Positions 39,428 to 48,138 of a stretch of DNA of 64,000 nucleotides are shown one piece after another. This DNA is from an uncultured Bacteroidota bacterium (GTDB lineage: Bacteria; CLD3; SB21; JBBIRG01), in assembly GCA_964410965.1 (NCBI GenBank), contig CAYPIY010000006.1, positions 135,222 through 199,221 on the forward strand, given 5' to 3'. Both the position numbers and the translations under genes were made by a program. The notes under the pieces are model-generated. The model had not been told where the DNA came from, searched no databases, and saw nothing but the letters and a program-made list of their open reading frames with translations. Each line of letters begins with the position of its first letter. Within the stretch, counting starts at the first letter, position 1.

Positions 39428-40582
39428 ATGAATTATTTAGTCATTGGCTGCGGCATGATGGGGCGTGCAGTGATTTGGGATTTACTGAAACATGCCAATC
39501 CGGTGAAAGTCATTGTAGTCGATCAGAATCAGGAACAGCTAAATGCTTTACGGCATTTTGTAAGGTCATTTTCGGATCAAAAACTTGAAACCCATCAAAT
39601 GGATATTCAGAAAACGGTTGCCTTGACGTCAATGTTTAAAAGGGCTGACACAGTTGTAAGCGCCGTTACATATAAGTACAATTTTGAACTGGCGAAACTT
39701 GCTGTACGGTATGGCTGTCATTTTTGTGATCTTGGTGGAAATAATACAATAGTCCAGAAACAACTGGCACTGAACGGATCCGCCAAAAAGAAGGGAGTTA
39801 CGGTTATTCCGGACTGCGGTCTGGCTCCCGGAATGGTATCCATATTGACCGCGGATGCCGTCCGGTGTCTGGATCAGGTCCATGATGTAAAAATCCGCGT
39901 GGGCGGACTGCCGGTAAATCCCAAACCTCCCATGAATTACCAGATCGTATTTTCGGTTCACGGTCTGATTAATGAATACTCAGAACCATGTATTCATATT
40001 AAGAATGGCCGGATCATGACTGCGGAACCCATGAGAGATATCGAAACAATCCGCTTTCCAAAACCGTTCGGAAAAATGGAAGCGTTCAATACCTCGGGCG
40101 GATCATCTACGCTTCCAGAAACGTACAGGAATATAATTAAGAATCTGGATTACAAAACAATCCGTTATCCGGGGCACTGTGAACAATTCCGGCTACTGAT
40201 GGAACTTGGTTTTACCAATACGAAAAAAAGAAAATACGGTAACTCAGAAATTACTCCGCGTGAAATCCTGGCAAGTCACTTACTGAGTGCGCTGAGCGGA
40301 AATGAAGACGATTGTATCCTGCTGAAAGTTACGGCTTCAGGTATAAAAAACAAAAAGAAAAAAACCATCACCTACGATCTTATTGATTACGGCGAAAAGA
40401 AAAACGGGATTACGGCCATGATGCGCATGACTTCTTTTCCGGTTTCCATTATTGCTCAGATGCTCGCATCCGGGAAAATTTCCATGAGGGGCGCGATTCC
40501 CCAGGAAACTGCAGTTCCTCCTGACGATTTTATCAGGGAAATCAGAAAAAGAGGAATCGATTTAAAAATTAATATCAGGTAA
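39428..40582 (+). CDS. Saccharopine dehydrogenase-family NAD(P)-binding protein
   Basis: Rossmann GxGxxG at the N-terminus (LVIGCGMMGRAV) and saccharopine-DH-like C-terminal domain. The ORF-track start at 39305 is a likely overextension into the upstream gene. Confidence 0.65.
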   Translation: MNYLVIGCGMMGRAVIWDLLKHANPVKVIVVDQNQEQLNALRHFVRSFSDQKLETHQMDIQKTVALTSMFKRADTVVSAVTYKYNFELAKLAVRYGCHFCDLGGNNTIVQKQLALNGSAKKKGVTVIPDCGLAPGMVSILTADAVRCLDQVHDVKIRVGGLPVNPKPPMNYQIVFSVHGLINEYSEPCIHIKNGRIMTAEPMRDIETIRFPKPFGKMEAFNTSGGSSTLPETYRNIIKNLDYKTIRYPGHCEQFRLLMELGFTNTKKRKYGNSEITPREILASHLLSALSGNEDDCILLKVTASGIKNKKKKTITYDLIDYGEKKNGITAMMRMTSFPVSIIAQMLASGKISMRGAIPQETAVPPDDFIREIRKRGIDLKINIR

Positions 40583-40602
40583 TTCTGTTCTGATAAGCGC
40601 GC

Positions 40603-42345
40603 CTATTCCTTCAGGTGAGGCGCATTCCAGAAAAACTGGGAGATGCCCTCCATGCATCCAAACCATATATAATCACCATCCAGCAGAATGGAATAGACGT
40701 AGTCGTTCCCTAATCCGTCTTTTTCAGAATAATAAAACCATTTTTGTTTCTTAAGATGGAGTCTTAAAACACCGCTGCATGTTGCGATCCAAAGATTTTC
40801 CCGGTCGGCTTTGGCGTCGTTGACACCGGAATTCAGGAATTCACTGTTAACGGGGAGACTCAGCCATTCACCGCTGGTTTTATGAAATTGTGCCACATTC
40901 TGACCGGAAATAAAGAAAAGATCCGAGTCGTTTTCAGCGATTCCCTTTACATCTTCCCGTGTGAAAGTCGTTGCTCCGACTTTGTAACCGAAGGCATTAA
41001 AGTGATACCATTTTTCTTTTTCTTCATCGATCGCGTAAATACCGTTGTTTGTGGCCAGCCATAAGACAGATTGCTGACTTATCATTTTATAAATAGTAAG
41101 ATTAAATAATTCCGGAATATCAGCTTTGAATATTTCATAGCCGTTTTTTGCCTGAACTGCATAATTCAGTCCCTGTTTCGTGCCGATAAACAGTTTGTTC
41201 TTTTGCCGGGTTAGAGAATAAACTGCCGGATGGAATAAACCGCTGGAAGTTCCATAGGTTGTCCAGTTGTCAGAATTTTTTGATTTTTGGATCAAACCGT
41301 TTTCGGTTCCTATCCAGATATGCAGACTATCAGTAAGAATAGAATACATTTCGTCAAAACGGGCGAATTTTCGGAACGTGGAAGAGTGATGAAAAAAAAT
41401 GTTTTTTGCCTGGTTCCACTCGGTGACGCCGGTCAATTCCTGCGAGGAAATGGTTTTTGCGTAAGATCCGCCGATCCACATGAATTCATCATCAAAAGCC
41501 ATGGCAGTTGCGTTTCTCATGTATAGGCCATATTGCAGAGGTTTCATGAGATTGGAGGCTGTTTCAGCCTGCCATACACCTGCACCCTGCGTGCCGACCC
41601 ACAGCAATCCGGATGCATCGTAGCCATGGCATGTAACGGGAAATCGGTTAAAGTCTCTGTCTGTGAAAACTTTTCCGGCTGGGTCGTATTGGGAGCCCTC
41701 GGATGAGGATACAAAAAGATTCGGCAACGGATTCTGAAGAAGGAACAAATGTCCGTGCCAGGTGATATTCTGGCCTTCAGGATCGTCCTTTAACAGGCTC
41801 TGTAAAGATCCGAACGTCGAATAAAATGATTTCCCGGTCTGAATCCAGACTTTGGAATTTATATCAAAACCAACCGATAAAACCGTTTCCTCAAACCCAA
41901 AACCCAATTCGCTGTATCGAACCGAATTCATCAGTTCAGAATACGGGTCCCAAAAATGAAAACCCAGACGGGTAGCGGCATAGAGATATCCGGTCCGCTG
42001 ATCATAGGCAGTCACACGGACATCATTGTCAAGCAATCCGTTACTCACGGTTAAAGGATAATCATAGGTTTTCTTATGGTAATGATAGCGGATAATTCCT
42101 CCGGTGGTTCCGATAAAGATCTGGTGATTTCCGAAAGCCATGCATTGTACATAGCGGGTCATCGTATAGGTGATCCAGTCTCCGGGCCTGTAATTCAGCT
42201 GATAAAAGACCCTTCCTTTGTCCGTTTTATCCTGTGCATCGGTTGGGTTATACACGGGAATAATCGTCCAAAAGAACAGAATTAACGCGGTCCTGGAAAA
42301 AATGGAATAGCGGGATTTCAGTTTCATTTCAGAATGCTTCATCAA
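40603..42345 (-). CDS. Secreted stand-alone two-component-regulator-propeller (Reg_prop) beta-propeller protein
   Basis: Signal peptide. Repeated IW(I/V)GT…GL blades (HIWIGTENGL, LWVGTQGAG, MWIGGS). No kinase or HTH domains. Confidence 0.65.
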   Translation of the reverse strand: MMKHSEMKLKSRYSIFSRTALILFFWTIIPVYNPTDAQDKTDKGRVFYQLNYRPGDWITYTMTRYVQCMAFGNHQIFIGTTGGIIRYHYHKKTYDYPLTVSNGLLDNDVRVTAYDQRTGYLYAATRLGFHFWDPYSELMNSVRYSELGFGFEETVLSVGFDINSKVWIQTGKSFYSTFGSLQSLLKDDPEGQNITWHGHLFLLQNPLPNLFVSSSEGSQYDPAGKVFTDRDFNRFPVTCHGYDASGLLWVGTQGAGVWQAETASNLMKPLQYGLYMRNATAMAFDDEFMWIGGSYAKTISSQELTGVTEWNQAKNIFFHHSSTFRKFARFDEMYSILTDSLHIWIGTENGLIQKSKNSDNWTTYGTSSGLFHPAVYSLTRQKNKLFIGTKQGLNYAVQAKNGYEIFKADIPELFNLTIYKMISQQSVLWLATNNGIYAIDEEKEKWYHFNAFGYKVGATTFTREDVKGIAENDSDLFFISGQNVAQFHKTSGEWLSLPVNSEFLNSGVNDAKADRENLWIATCSGVLRLHLKKQKWFYYSEKDGLGNDYVYSILLDGDYIWFGCMEGISQFFWNAPHLKE

Positions 42346-43792
42346 GTTGCTGTTCTATCAGCTTTCCCGCGCGGAAGCACATCGACTCATTAAAATGGTT
42401 TGCCATGATCTGCAATCCGATAGGCATGTTGTTTCTATCGGTTCCGCAAGGAACACTCAGGGAAGGGATACCTGCTAGATTTACATTAACAGTAAAAATA
42501 TCGGATAAATACATTGAAAGCGGATCATTGAGTTTTTCACCGATCTTGAATGCCGTTGTGGGTGAGGTAGGGGCGATGATGCAGTCTACGGCATCCGGAC
42601 CCGAAAAAACGCGTTCAAAATCACGTTTAATAAGCGTTCGCACTTTTTGAGCCTTTTTATAATAGGCATCATAATAACCTGCGCTGAGTACATAGGTTCC
42701 CAGCATGATGCGCCGTTTAACTTCAGGGCCAAAACCTTCCGAGCGGCTGTGAGTGAACATATCCAACATATTGTCAGATATTGCTGAGCGGTGAGTGTAA
42801 CGTACGCCGTCGTACCGGGCAAGGTTGGATGACGCTTCAGCAGTGGTCAGAATGTAATAGGTGGCTATTCCGTATTCGCTGTGCGGAAGTGAAATATCAG
42901 TAATTTCAGCACCGTTTTGCCGCAACCGATCGATTGCGATCCGTACAGCTTGTTCCACATCCGGATCAATTCCCTCTGTAAAATATTCTTTTGGCACACC
43001 GATTCGGATGGATTTAACGGGGTTCATTAGTTCTTCGGAATAAACGGTGACGGACCGCGGAGAAGTGGTGCTGTCTTTAGGATCATAACCGGCGATGATT
43101 TCCGTAACCAGAGCGATATCGGAAACGTTGTTTGCCATGGGACCGATCTGATCAAAGGAAGATGCGAAAGCAGACAGACCATACCGGGAAACCCGTCCGT
43201 ATGTTGGTTTTAGGCCGGTCAGGCCGCAGAAACTTGCGGGTAGTCGTACGGAACCACCGGTTTCGGAGCCAAGCGATGCCATGGCCATACCGGCCGCAAC
43301 GCATACAGCGCTGCCTCCGCTTGAACCGCCGGGAACTTTGGTGGTATCTGATGGATGCAAAACGGGTCCAAAAGCTGAATTTTCATTGGAGGATCCCATG
43401 GCAAATTCATCAAGATTCGCCTTGCCGATAATGATTGCGTCCTCGGATTCGAGTCTTTCCACGACGGTTGCGTCGTACGGAGAGATGTAATTTTTCAATA
43501 TTTGTGATCCGCAGGTATTTCGTTCATTCCTGACCATAATCGCATCCTTCACGGCGATTACCATGCCTGCAAGTTTTCCCTGTTTACCGGTTTTGATTTT
43601 TTGGTCGATGACTTCCGCACGGTCAAGCAATTTTTGTTTATCGAAAACCGTTACCCAGGCATTCAGGTTACGGTAACGGTCAATCCGATTAAGGTAATCG
43701 GTAACGATCTTTATGCAACTGACTTCCCCGTTGAGAAGGGATTTTCTTATTTCGCTGTACTTTTGATTCATAATGTTATTGGGAAAAAACAA
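42329..43792 (-). CDS. gatA: Glutamyl-tRNA(Gln)/Aspartyl-tRNA(Asn) amidotransferase subunit A
   Basis: Amidase signature GGSSGGSAVCVAAGMAMASLGSETGGSVRLPASFCG. 487 aa. Confidence 0.9.
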   Translation of the reverse strand: MFFPNNIMNQKYSEIRKSLLNGEVSCIKIVTDYLNRIDRYRNLNAWVTVFDKQKLLDRAEVIDQKIKTGKQGKLAGMVIAVKDAIMVRNERNTCGSQILKNYISPYDATVVERLESEDAIIIGKANLDEFAMGSSNENSAFGPVLHPSDTTKVPGGSSGGSAVCVAAGMAMASLGSETGGSVRLPASFCGLTGLKPTYGRVSRYGLSAFASSFDQIGPMANNVSDIALVTEIIAGYDPKDSTTSPRSVTVYSEELMNPVKSIRIGVPKEYFTEGIDPDVEQAVRIAIDRLRQNGAEITDISLPHSEYGIATYYILTTAEASSNLARYDGVRYTHRSAISDNMLDMFTHSRSEGFGPEVKRRIMLGTYVLSAGYYDAYYKKAQKVRTLIKRDFERVFSGPDAVDCIIAPTSPTTAFKIGEKLNDPLSMYLSDIFTVNVNLAGIPSLSVPCGTDRNNMPIGLQIMANHFNESMCFRAGKLIEQQLDEAF

Positions 43793-43845
43793 AAATCCCG
43801 TTTAAGGGACTTTTAAGGAAATGAGATGCATTGAATGTGATATGG

Positions 43846-44028
43846 TTATTTTTTTTCAGGTGTTTCGTTGATACCCTTTTTGATTTCTTCCTCTGTCGAA
43901 TGCATGGCGCGCTTGAATTCTCGGATTCCCTTGCCGAGTCCCTGTGCGAATTCAGGGATTTTTTTTGCACCGAATAAAACAAGAACAGCAATACATATCA
44001 CAATTATTTCGGGCATACCTAAATTCAT
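43846..44028 (-). CDS. tatA: Sec-independent (twin-arginine) translocase protein TatA/E
   Basis: 60 aa. TM helix + amphipathic helix ([33 protein letters not shown]). Confidence 0.85.
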   Translation of the reverse strand: MNLGMPEIIVICIAVLVLFGAKKIPEFAQGLGKGIREFKRAMHSTEEEIKKGINETPEKK

Positions 44029-44113
44029 ATTTTCTCCTGACTATTTTGGTTCATTAGTAGATTGTAATGAAAAACGAGTTCATTAGCAAGGATTATTCTG
44101 AATCCTGTTCATC

Positions 44114-45265
44114 CTAAACCTCCTGTATTTCGGCACCTATTGCGCTGATTAATTGACCGGTTACCGATTCTATCGAAAAATTATCTTTGGCAAATTGACT
44201 TGCGGTGTGGCTCATTTTTTCCCAAAGGGCCGGGTTATGTGTCCAATCCCTGATGAAATCCTCCATTCGATCCACGGAACCTGCGTGTAATCCAAGACTG
44301 TGTTTCCGGATGACACCGTCAGGGTCGGTTTCAAGGCTGATAGTAATGGTTCCGGCCAGCCAGGCCTGAACAAAAGCGTTAGGCAGTCCTTCATAATCTT
44401 TTTTTGTCGTGTTGACTACTGCATGAGCTTTAGCAATAAAAGTCCCGCTTTGCTGAAAGGGAATGACACCGGCATAATGAAGATTGGGCATGGTTTCGAT
44501 TTTGGTAAGTATGTTTTTCCCGTATATCATATTGATGATTTGTCCAGCCATGATAAATTCGCAATTCAGTCCGATGCATCGTTCCGCCAGTTCTAGGAAA
44601 AGTTCGGGCTGTTTCACCGGTTTAATACTTCCGATCCATAAGATTTTCCAGGGTAAAGGCCTTGGCTCGGCTTCCGGAACAGGATGCCCAGATTTAATAA
44701 TGATTCCTGAACGTTTGAATTCGTTTTTCAGCGATATCTGCTGATATGATGTCTGAACAATTATCTGATCCGCGTTTCGGACACCGTATTCAGTTATCAT
44801 GTCCTGCAAAACCGCAAGCGGGAACAGTAATATTTTTTTTATCAATGATTTTTTTTTTGCGCTCAGGCCTGTAAGGTATTTTTTTCTTGAAACCCCGCTT
44901 TCTCCGGCGCTTGCCCAGATGAACTTACCTGAATGATATCTGCAGAAATATGCCGCAATTCCTGTCAGCGGGTCTCTTCCTCTCTGATAGCAATACGCGG
45001 GTTTAATTTTTTTCAGAAGGCGGTAAACCCGAAACAACATAAATAAGGAGAAAAATGTCCGGTAGGGAAGCCAGTAAACTGTTAATTCCTCAAATTCCTC
45101 ACGATATTTTTTTTCCCCCTTGCTGTAGGAAATAAAATTCACTGACCACCCACGGCGTCTGAATTCCTTTCCAAGTAAATAGGTCTGAACCATCGGCCCT
45201 GTAATTGTTGCCTTCGGATCGCTGATGAAGGCGTCGGTAACAAAGCAAATTGATTTTATATTCAT
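44114..45265 (-). CDS. Glycosyltransferase, GT-B fold (group 1 / GT4-like)
   Basis: Two Rossmann-like halves. C-terminal donor-binding region with a conserved E…E pattern. Weak primary-sequence motifs, so moderate confidence. Confidence 0.5.
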   Translation of the reverse strand: MNIKSICFVTDAFISDPKATITGPMVQTYLLGKEFRRRGWSVNFISYSKGEKKYREEFEELTVYWLPYRTFFSLFMLFRVYRLLKKIKPAYCYQRGRDPLTGIAAYFCRYHSGKFIWASAGESGVSRKKYLTGLSAKKKSLIKKILLFPLAVLQDMITEYGVRNADQIIVQTSYQQISLKNEFKRSGIIIKSGHPVPEAEPRPLPWKILWIGSIKPVKQPELFLELAERCIGLNCEFIMAGQIINMIYGKNILTKIETMPNLHYAGVIPFQQSGTFIAKAHAVVNTTKKDYEGLPNAFVQAWLAGTITISLETDPDGVIRKHSLGLHAGSVDRMEDFIRDWTHNPALWEKMSHTASQFAKDNFSIESVTGQLISAIGAEIQEV

Positions 45266-46005
45266 TCGTCCAGCGGGTCAATTGTACTGATAATAATCTG
45301 TATTTCAGAATAGGGGGCTACGGTCATGCCGGAATCCGGTATTTGCGCCGTTATGGTTCCGGGGAGAAAATCCGGCTTATAAGTTTTGGTTATGGAACCG
45401 AGTTTCAAGAATGAATCTGCAGTCAGGGTTTTAGCTTCGGTAAGGCTTTTTCCGATAAGATACGGAACATGAACCTGGCTGATCGTTTTCCCGCTGCTGA
45501 TAATCAGATCAATAACAGAACCCGTCTGGATTTTTGTCCCGGCTTCGACGGACTGTCCGATGACAATGCCGGAGGGAAATTCTTCAGAAGCTTGCTGGGT
45601 CTGTTTTCCAGGCTTGAGTCCTGATGATTCCAGAATAAACGCTGCGTCCCGGATTGTGGCAAGTTTCAGAATAGGGACGGTGACAGATTGTTCGTCATCG
45701 CTGACATTAAGCCGTATCACTCTTCCCCGCTTGATAATGGAGCCTCCTTCAGGACTTTGGTAAAGTATCATGTTTTTTGGGATCTGGCGGTTGAACTGGC
45801 GCCTCACAAGGGCATTTAGTTCCATTTCCTGAAGGATTTTTGAAGCGGAGGAAAAGTCTTTCCCGATCAGATCAGGAACGACTATTTCCTCTGAGTGTCT
45901 GGTATAAATCGGCATTATCCATTGATTGATAATCCAAACCGCTGAGAAACCAGCGATGGCCAGTGAAATCATGAATTGTAATATGTAAAGTATTTTTTTG
46001 CGCAT
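45262..46005 (-). CDS. Membrane-anchored PASTA-domain protein (three PASTA repeats, no kinase/PBP domain)
   Basis: N-terminal TM. Three ~65-aa repeats each beginning VP(D/I/Y)L(I/K)G with a conserved G/N core. Confidence 0.7.
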   Translation of the reverse strand: MRKKILYILQFMISLAIAGFSAVWIINQWIMPIYTRHSEEIVVPDLIGKDFSSASKILQEMELNALVRRQFNRQIPKNMILYQSPEGGSIIKRGRVIRLNVSDDEQSVTVPILKLATIRDAAFILESSGLKPGKQTQQASEEFPSGIVIGQSVEAGTKIQTGSVIDLIISSGKTISQVHVPYLIGKSLTEAKTLTADSFLKLGSITKTYKPDFLPGTITAQIPDSGMTVAPYSEIQIIISTIDPLDE

Positions 46006-46017
46006 AGGTAATGATAA

Positions 46018-46551
46018 TTACCGCATTAAATCAGGGTGTTTTTTTATATAATCGGACCAGTTCTTATACTGGGAGGGTGATGTTTTAATGCGGTGAAGAT
46101 GACAGATCGCCAGTCCCAGTGCGTCGGATTCGTCATAAGTCAATTCATGGTTCAGGTTCAGCATTTTTTTTATCATATACTGTACCTGCTGTTTGCTCGC
46201 GTTTCCATTGCCTGTTACAGCCATTTTCATTTCTTTTGGAGTAAATTCGCTTACAGGCAGTCCGTGTTCGAGCGCATTGATGATAATGACTCCGCGGGTG
46301 TGACCCAGTTTCAGTGCCGATCTTACATTATGGCTGAAAAAAATATTTTCAATCGATACTGCCGATGGATTGTAAGTTCCGATGACGGATGATAATTGAT
46401 GGTAGAGATAATGCAATTTATCAAAAAACGATGACTGATCGAGCCGGATTGTTCCGCTGGCTATATACTGGGTTCTGTTTTTCAGATAATCAACGGCTGC
46501 ATAACCGGTAGCCTGAGAGCCAGGGTCAATGCCCAATACCCTGAAGTTCAT
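46018..46551 (-). CDS. ruvC: Crossover junction endodeoxyribonuclease RuvC
   Basis: N-terminal VLGIDPGSQATGYA (catalytic Asp) plus later acidic residues. 177 aa. Confidence 0.9.
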   Translation of the reverse strand: MNFRVLGIDPGSQATGYAAVDYLKNRTQYIASGTIRLDQSSFFDKLHYLYHQLSSVIGTYNPSAVSIENIFFSHNVRSALKLGHTRGVIIINALEHGLPVSEFTPKEMKMAVTGNGNASKQQVQYMIKKMLNLNHELTYDESDALGLAICHLHRIKTSPSQYKNWSDYIKKHPDLMR

Positions 46552-46976
46552 TGATACCTCCTGTAGGTTTTCGTATACAATAGGGTATGGTTTCTGTATC
46601 GGGACAGGATAAGATAATCGCTGTTCAGAAAATCAATTTGGTAGTCGATTTCATAACGGTTTGAATAGCCTGAAAAGGAAATGAGAGTTAAAACGGAATC
46701 TCTGATTTTATAGTAGAAATCCGCCATCGTATCATGAATACCGTAATCGATCACGGTCATTTTTTTTGAAAAATCGAAAAACAGGATCGTTGAATCTATC
46801 ACCGGCGGGTTCCCGCTTTCAAAAATCCAGTTCCCGATGATTCTTTTTTCCATTTCGACATCAACGGCGCTGGGTTTGTCTCCTATTGTTTCACGGCAGG
46901 AAACAATAAGTGCTATACATGGTAAAATCCACGCTATACGGGCTTTCAATGTTGAAAACCTTTCATTTTCAGACAA
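46548..46976 (-). CDS. Hypothetical lipoprotein
   Basis: Lipobox LIVSC after a signal peptide. 142 aa. Coupled by a 4-nt overlap to ruvC. Confidence 0.45.
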   Translation of the reverse strand: MSENERFSTLKARIAWILPCIALIVSCRETIGDKPSAVDVEMEKRIIGNWIFESGNPPVIDSTILFFDFSKKMTVIDYGIHDTMADFYYKIRDSVLTLISFSGYSNRYEIDYQIDFLNSDYLILSRYRNHTLLYTKTYRRYQ

Positions 46977-47785
46977 ACTTCTGTCAAGGCATGATAAGCA
47001 TTTGCCAGAACAGGATCAAGTTTATTCAGGTATTTCATGTGCTGCTGGATCATCCATCGGTCATTTCGTGAAGCCGGCCCTGTAAGAGTTTTTGCCGGAT
47101 CAAATAATAAGCAGTTTCGCAGGGTTTCCTCGATTAGTGGAAAAATGACAGCTTTGCTTTTCTTGCGATTCCAGCCTGCACCGGCATATAAGCGCAATGA
47201 AGAATCAATCAGCGCTACCAGAAAATTGCTTGCAAAAATGCCGCCTAAGTGATAGGATAGTTTCATTCCGGACGGGATGAAACCGTAAGCGCAGTCCAGA
47301 TGCCTTAAAAAAGACCGCAAAAAGGAGAGGCATTTTTCATCTCCCTCAATTCCGAAAAAAATACTATTCAGATCCGGTTTGGAAAACGAACATGGTTTTT
47401 CATCAATTTTGGGAAATGTCTGCATGGGGTGCATAGAGCCAGTATGCAAAAAAGTAAAAGGGTTTTTTTTTGCTTCTTTCAGGATGCCGGCTGAATGACT
47501 TCCCGAAGTATGGATCAGGAATACCCGCTTCTCATGAAACCGGATTGTCCTGAATTCTGCGGCTGCGGACTCCAGTTCTGGATCCGGAATGGTAAGAAAA
47601 ATAACATGGCTGTCACTGCAAAGGGAGTATGATTTCCCTGCGAAAACCGGTTGAACCCTTTTTATCAATTCCCGCGATGGGGATTTTGGCCGGTTTACAA
47701 GAGCGTGAATATGAAAATTTTTCTCCTTTAAGAAAACCGCAATCCTGGAACCGACAGCCCCGGTTCCGATTACAGATATTTTCAT
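46946..47785 (-). CDS. Rossmann-fold NAD(P)-binding protein (DUF2520 / ketopantoate-reductase-like family)
   Basis: MKISVIGTGAVGSRIA GxGxxG at the N-terminus. The ORF track allows 8 extra upstream codons (to 47809). Confidence 0.55.
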   Translation of the reverse strand: MKISVIGTGAVGSRIAVFLKEKNFHIHALVNRPKSPSRELIKRVQPVFAGKSYSLCSDSHVIFLTIPDPELESAAAEFRTIRFHEKRVFLIHTSGSHSAGILKEAKKNPFTFLHTGSMHPMQTFPKIDEKPCSFSKPDLNSIFFGIEGDEKCLSFLRSFLRHLDCAYGFIPSGMKLSYHLGGIFASNFLVALIDSSLRLYAGAGWNRKKSKAVIFPLIEETLRNCLLFDPAKTLTGPASRNDRWMIQQHMKYLNKLDPVLANAYHALTEVCLKMKGFQH

Positions 47786-47858
47786 CTTGTCAGTATTTTG
47801 AATTCTCATTTTTTTTCTTGAAAAAGATTATAAAAAATATTATACTTTTTTCTAAGAT

Positions 47859-47933
47859 GGGCGCTTAGCTCAGCTGGTTTAGAGCGCATGCCTTACAAGC
47901 ATGAGGTCCTTGGTTCGATCCCATGAGCGCCCA
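47859..47933 (+). tRNA. tRNA-Val (anticodon TAC)
   Basis: Cloverleaf: acceptor gggcgct/agcgccc, D-arm tagctcagctggtttagagc, anticodon stem-loop catgc-cttacaa-gcatg, T-arm ggttcgatcc. CCA not encoded. Confidence 0.9.
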
Positions 47934-47988
47934 CAAATAAAAATAACTTGCTTTTCTAAAATAATATGATATATTCTAAGTCTCATAT

Positions 47989-48062
47989 GGGCGTGTAGTT
48001 CAATTGGTTAGAGCACTGCCCTGTCACGGCAGAAGTTGCGAGTTCGAGCCTCGTCACGCCCG
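47989..48062 (+). tRNA. tRNA-Asp (anticodon GTC)
   Basis: Acceptor gggcgtg/cacgccc, anticodon stem-loop ctgcc-ctgtcac-ggcag, T-arm gagttcgagcctc. CCA not encoded. Confidence 0.9.
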
Positions 48063-48065
48063 CAA

Positions 48066-48093
48066 GCCTCTCAGAAAACTGAGGGGCTTTTTT
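48066..48093 (+). terminator. Rho-independent terminator after tRNA pair
   Basis: gcctctcag-aaaa-ctgaggggc hairpin followed by TTTTTT. Confidence 0.7.
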
Positions 48094-48138
48094 CATCATG
48101 GATTTGTAGGTTGCATCATGAATCACGGTTGTATCACG

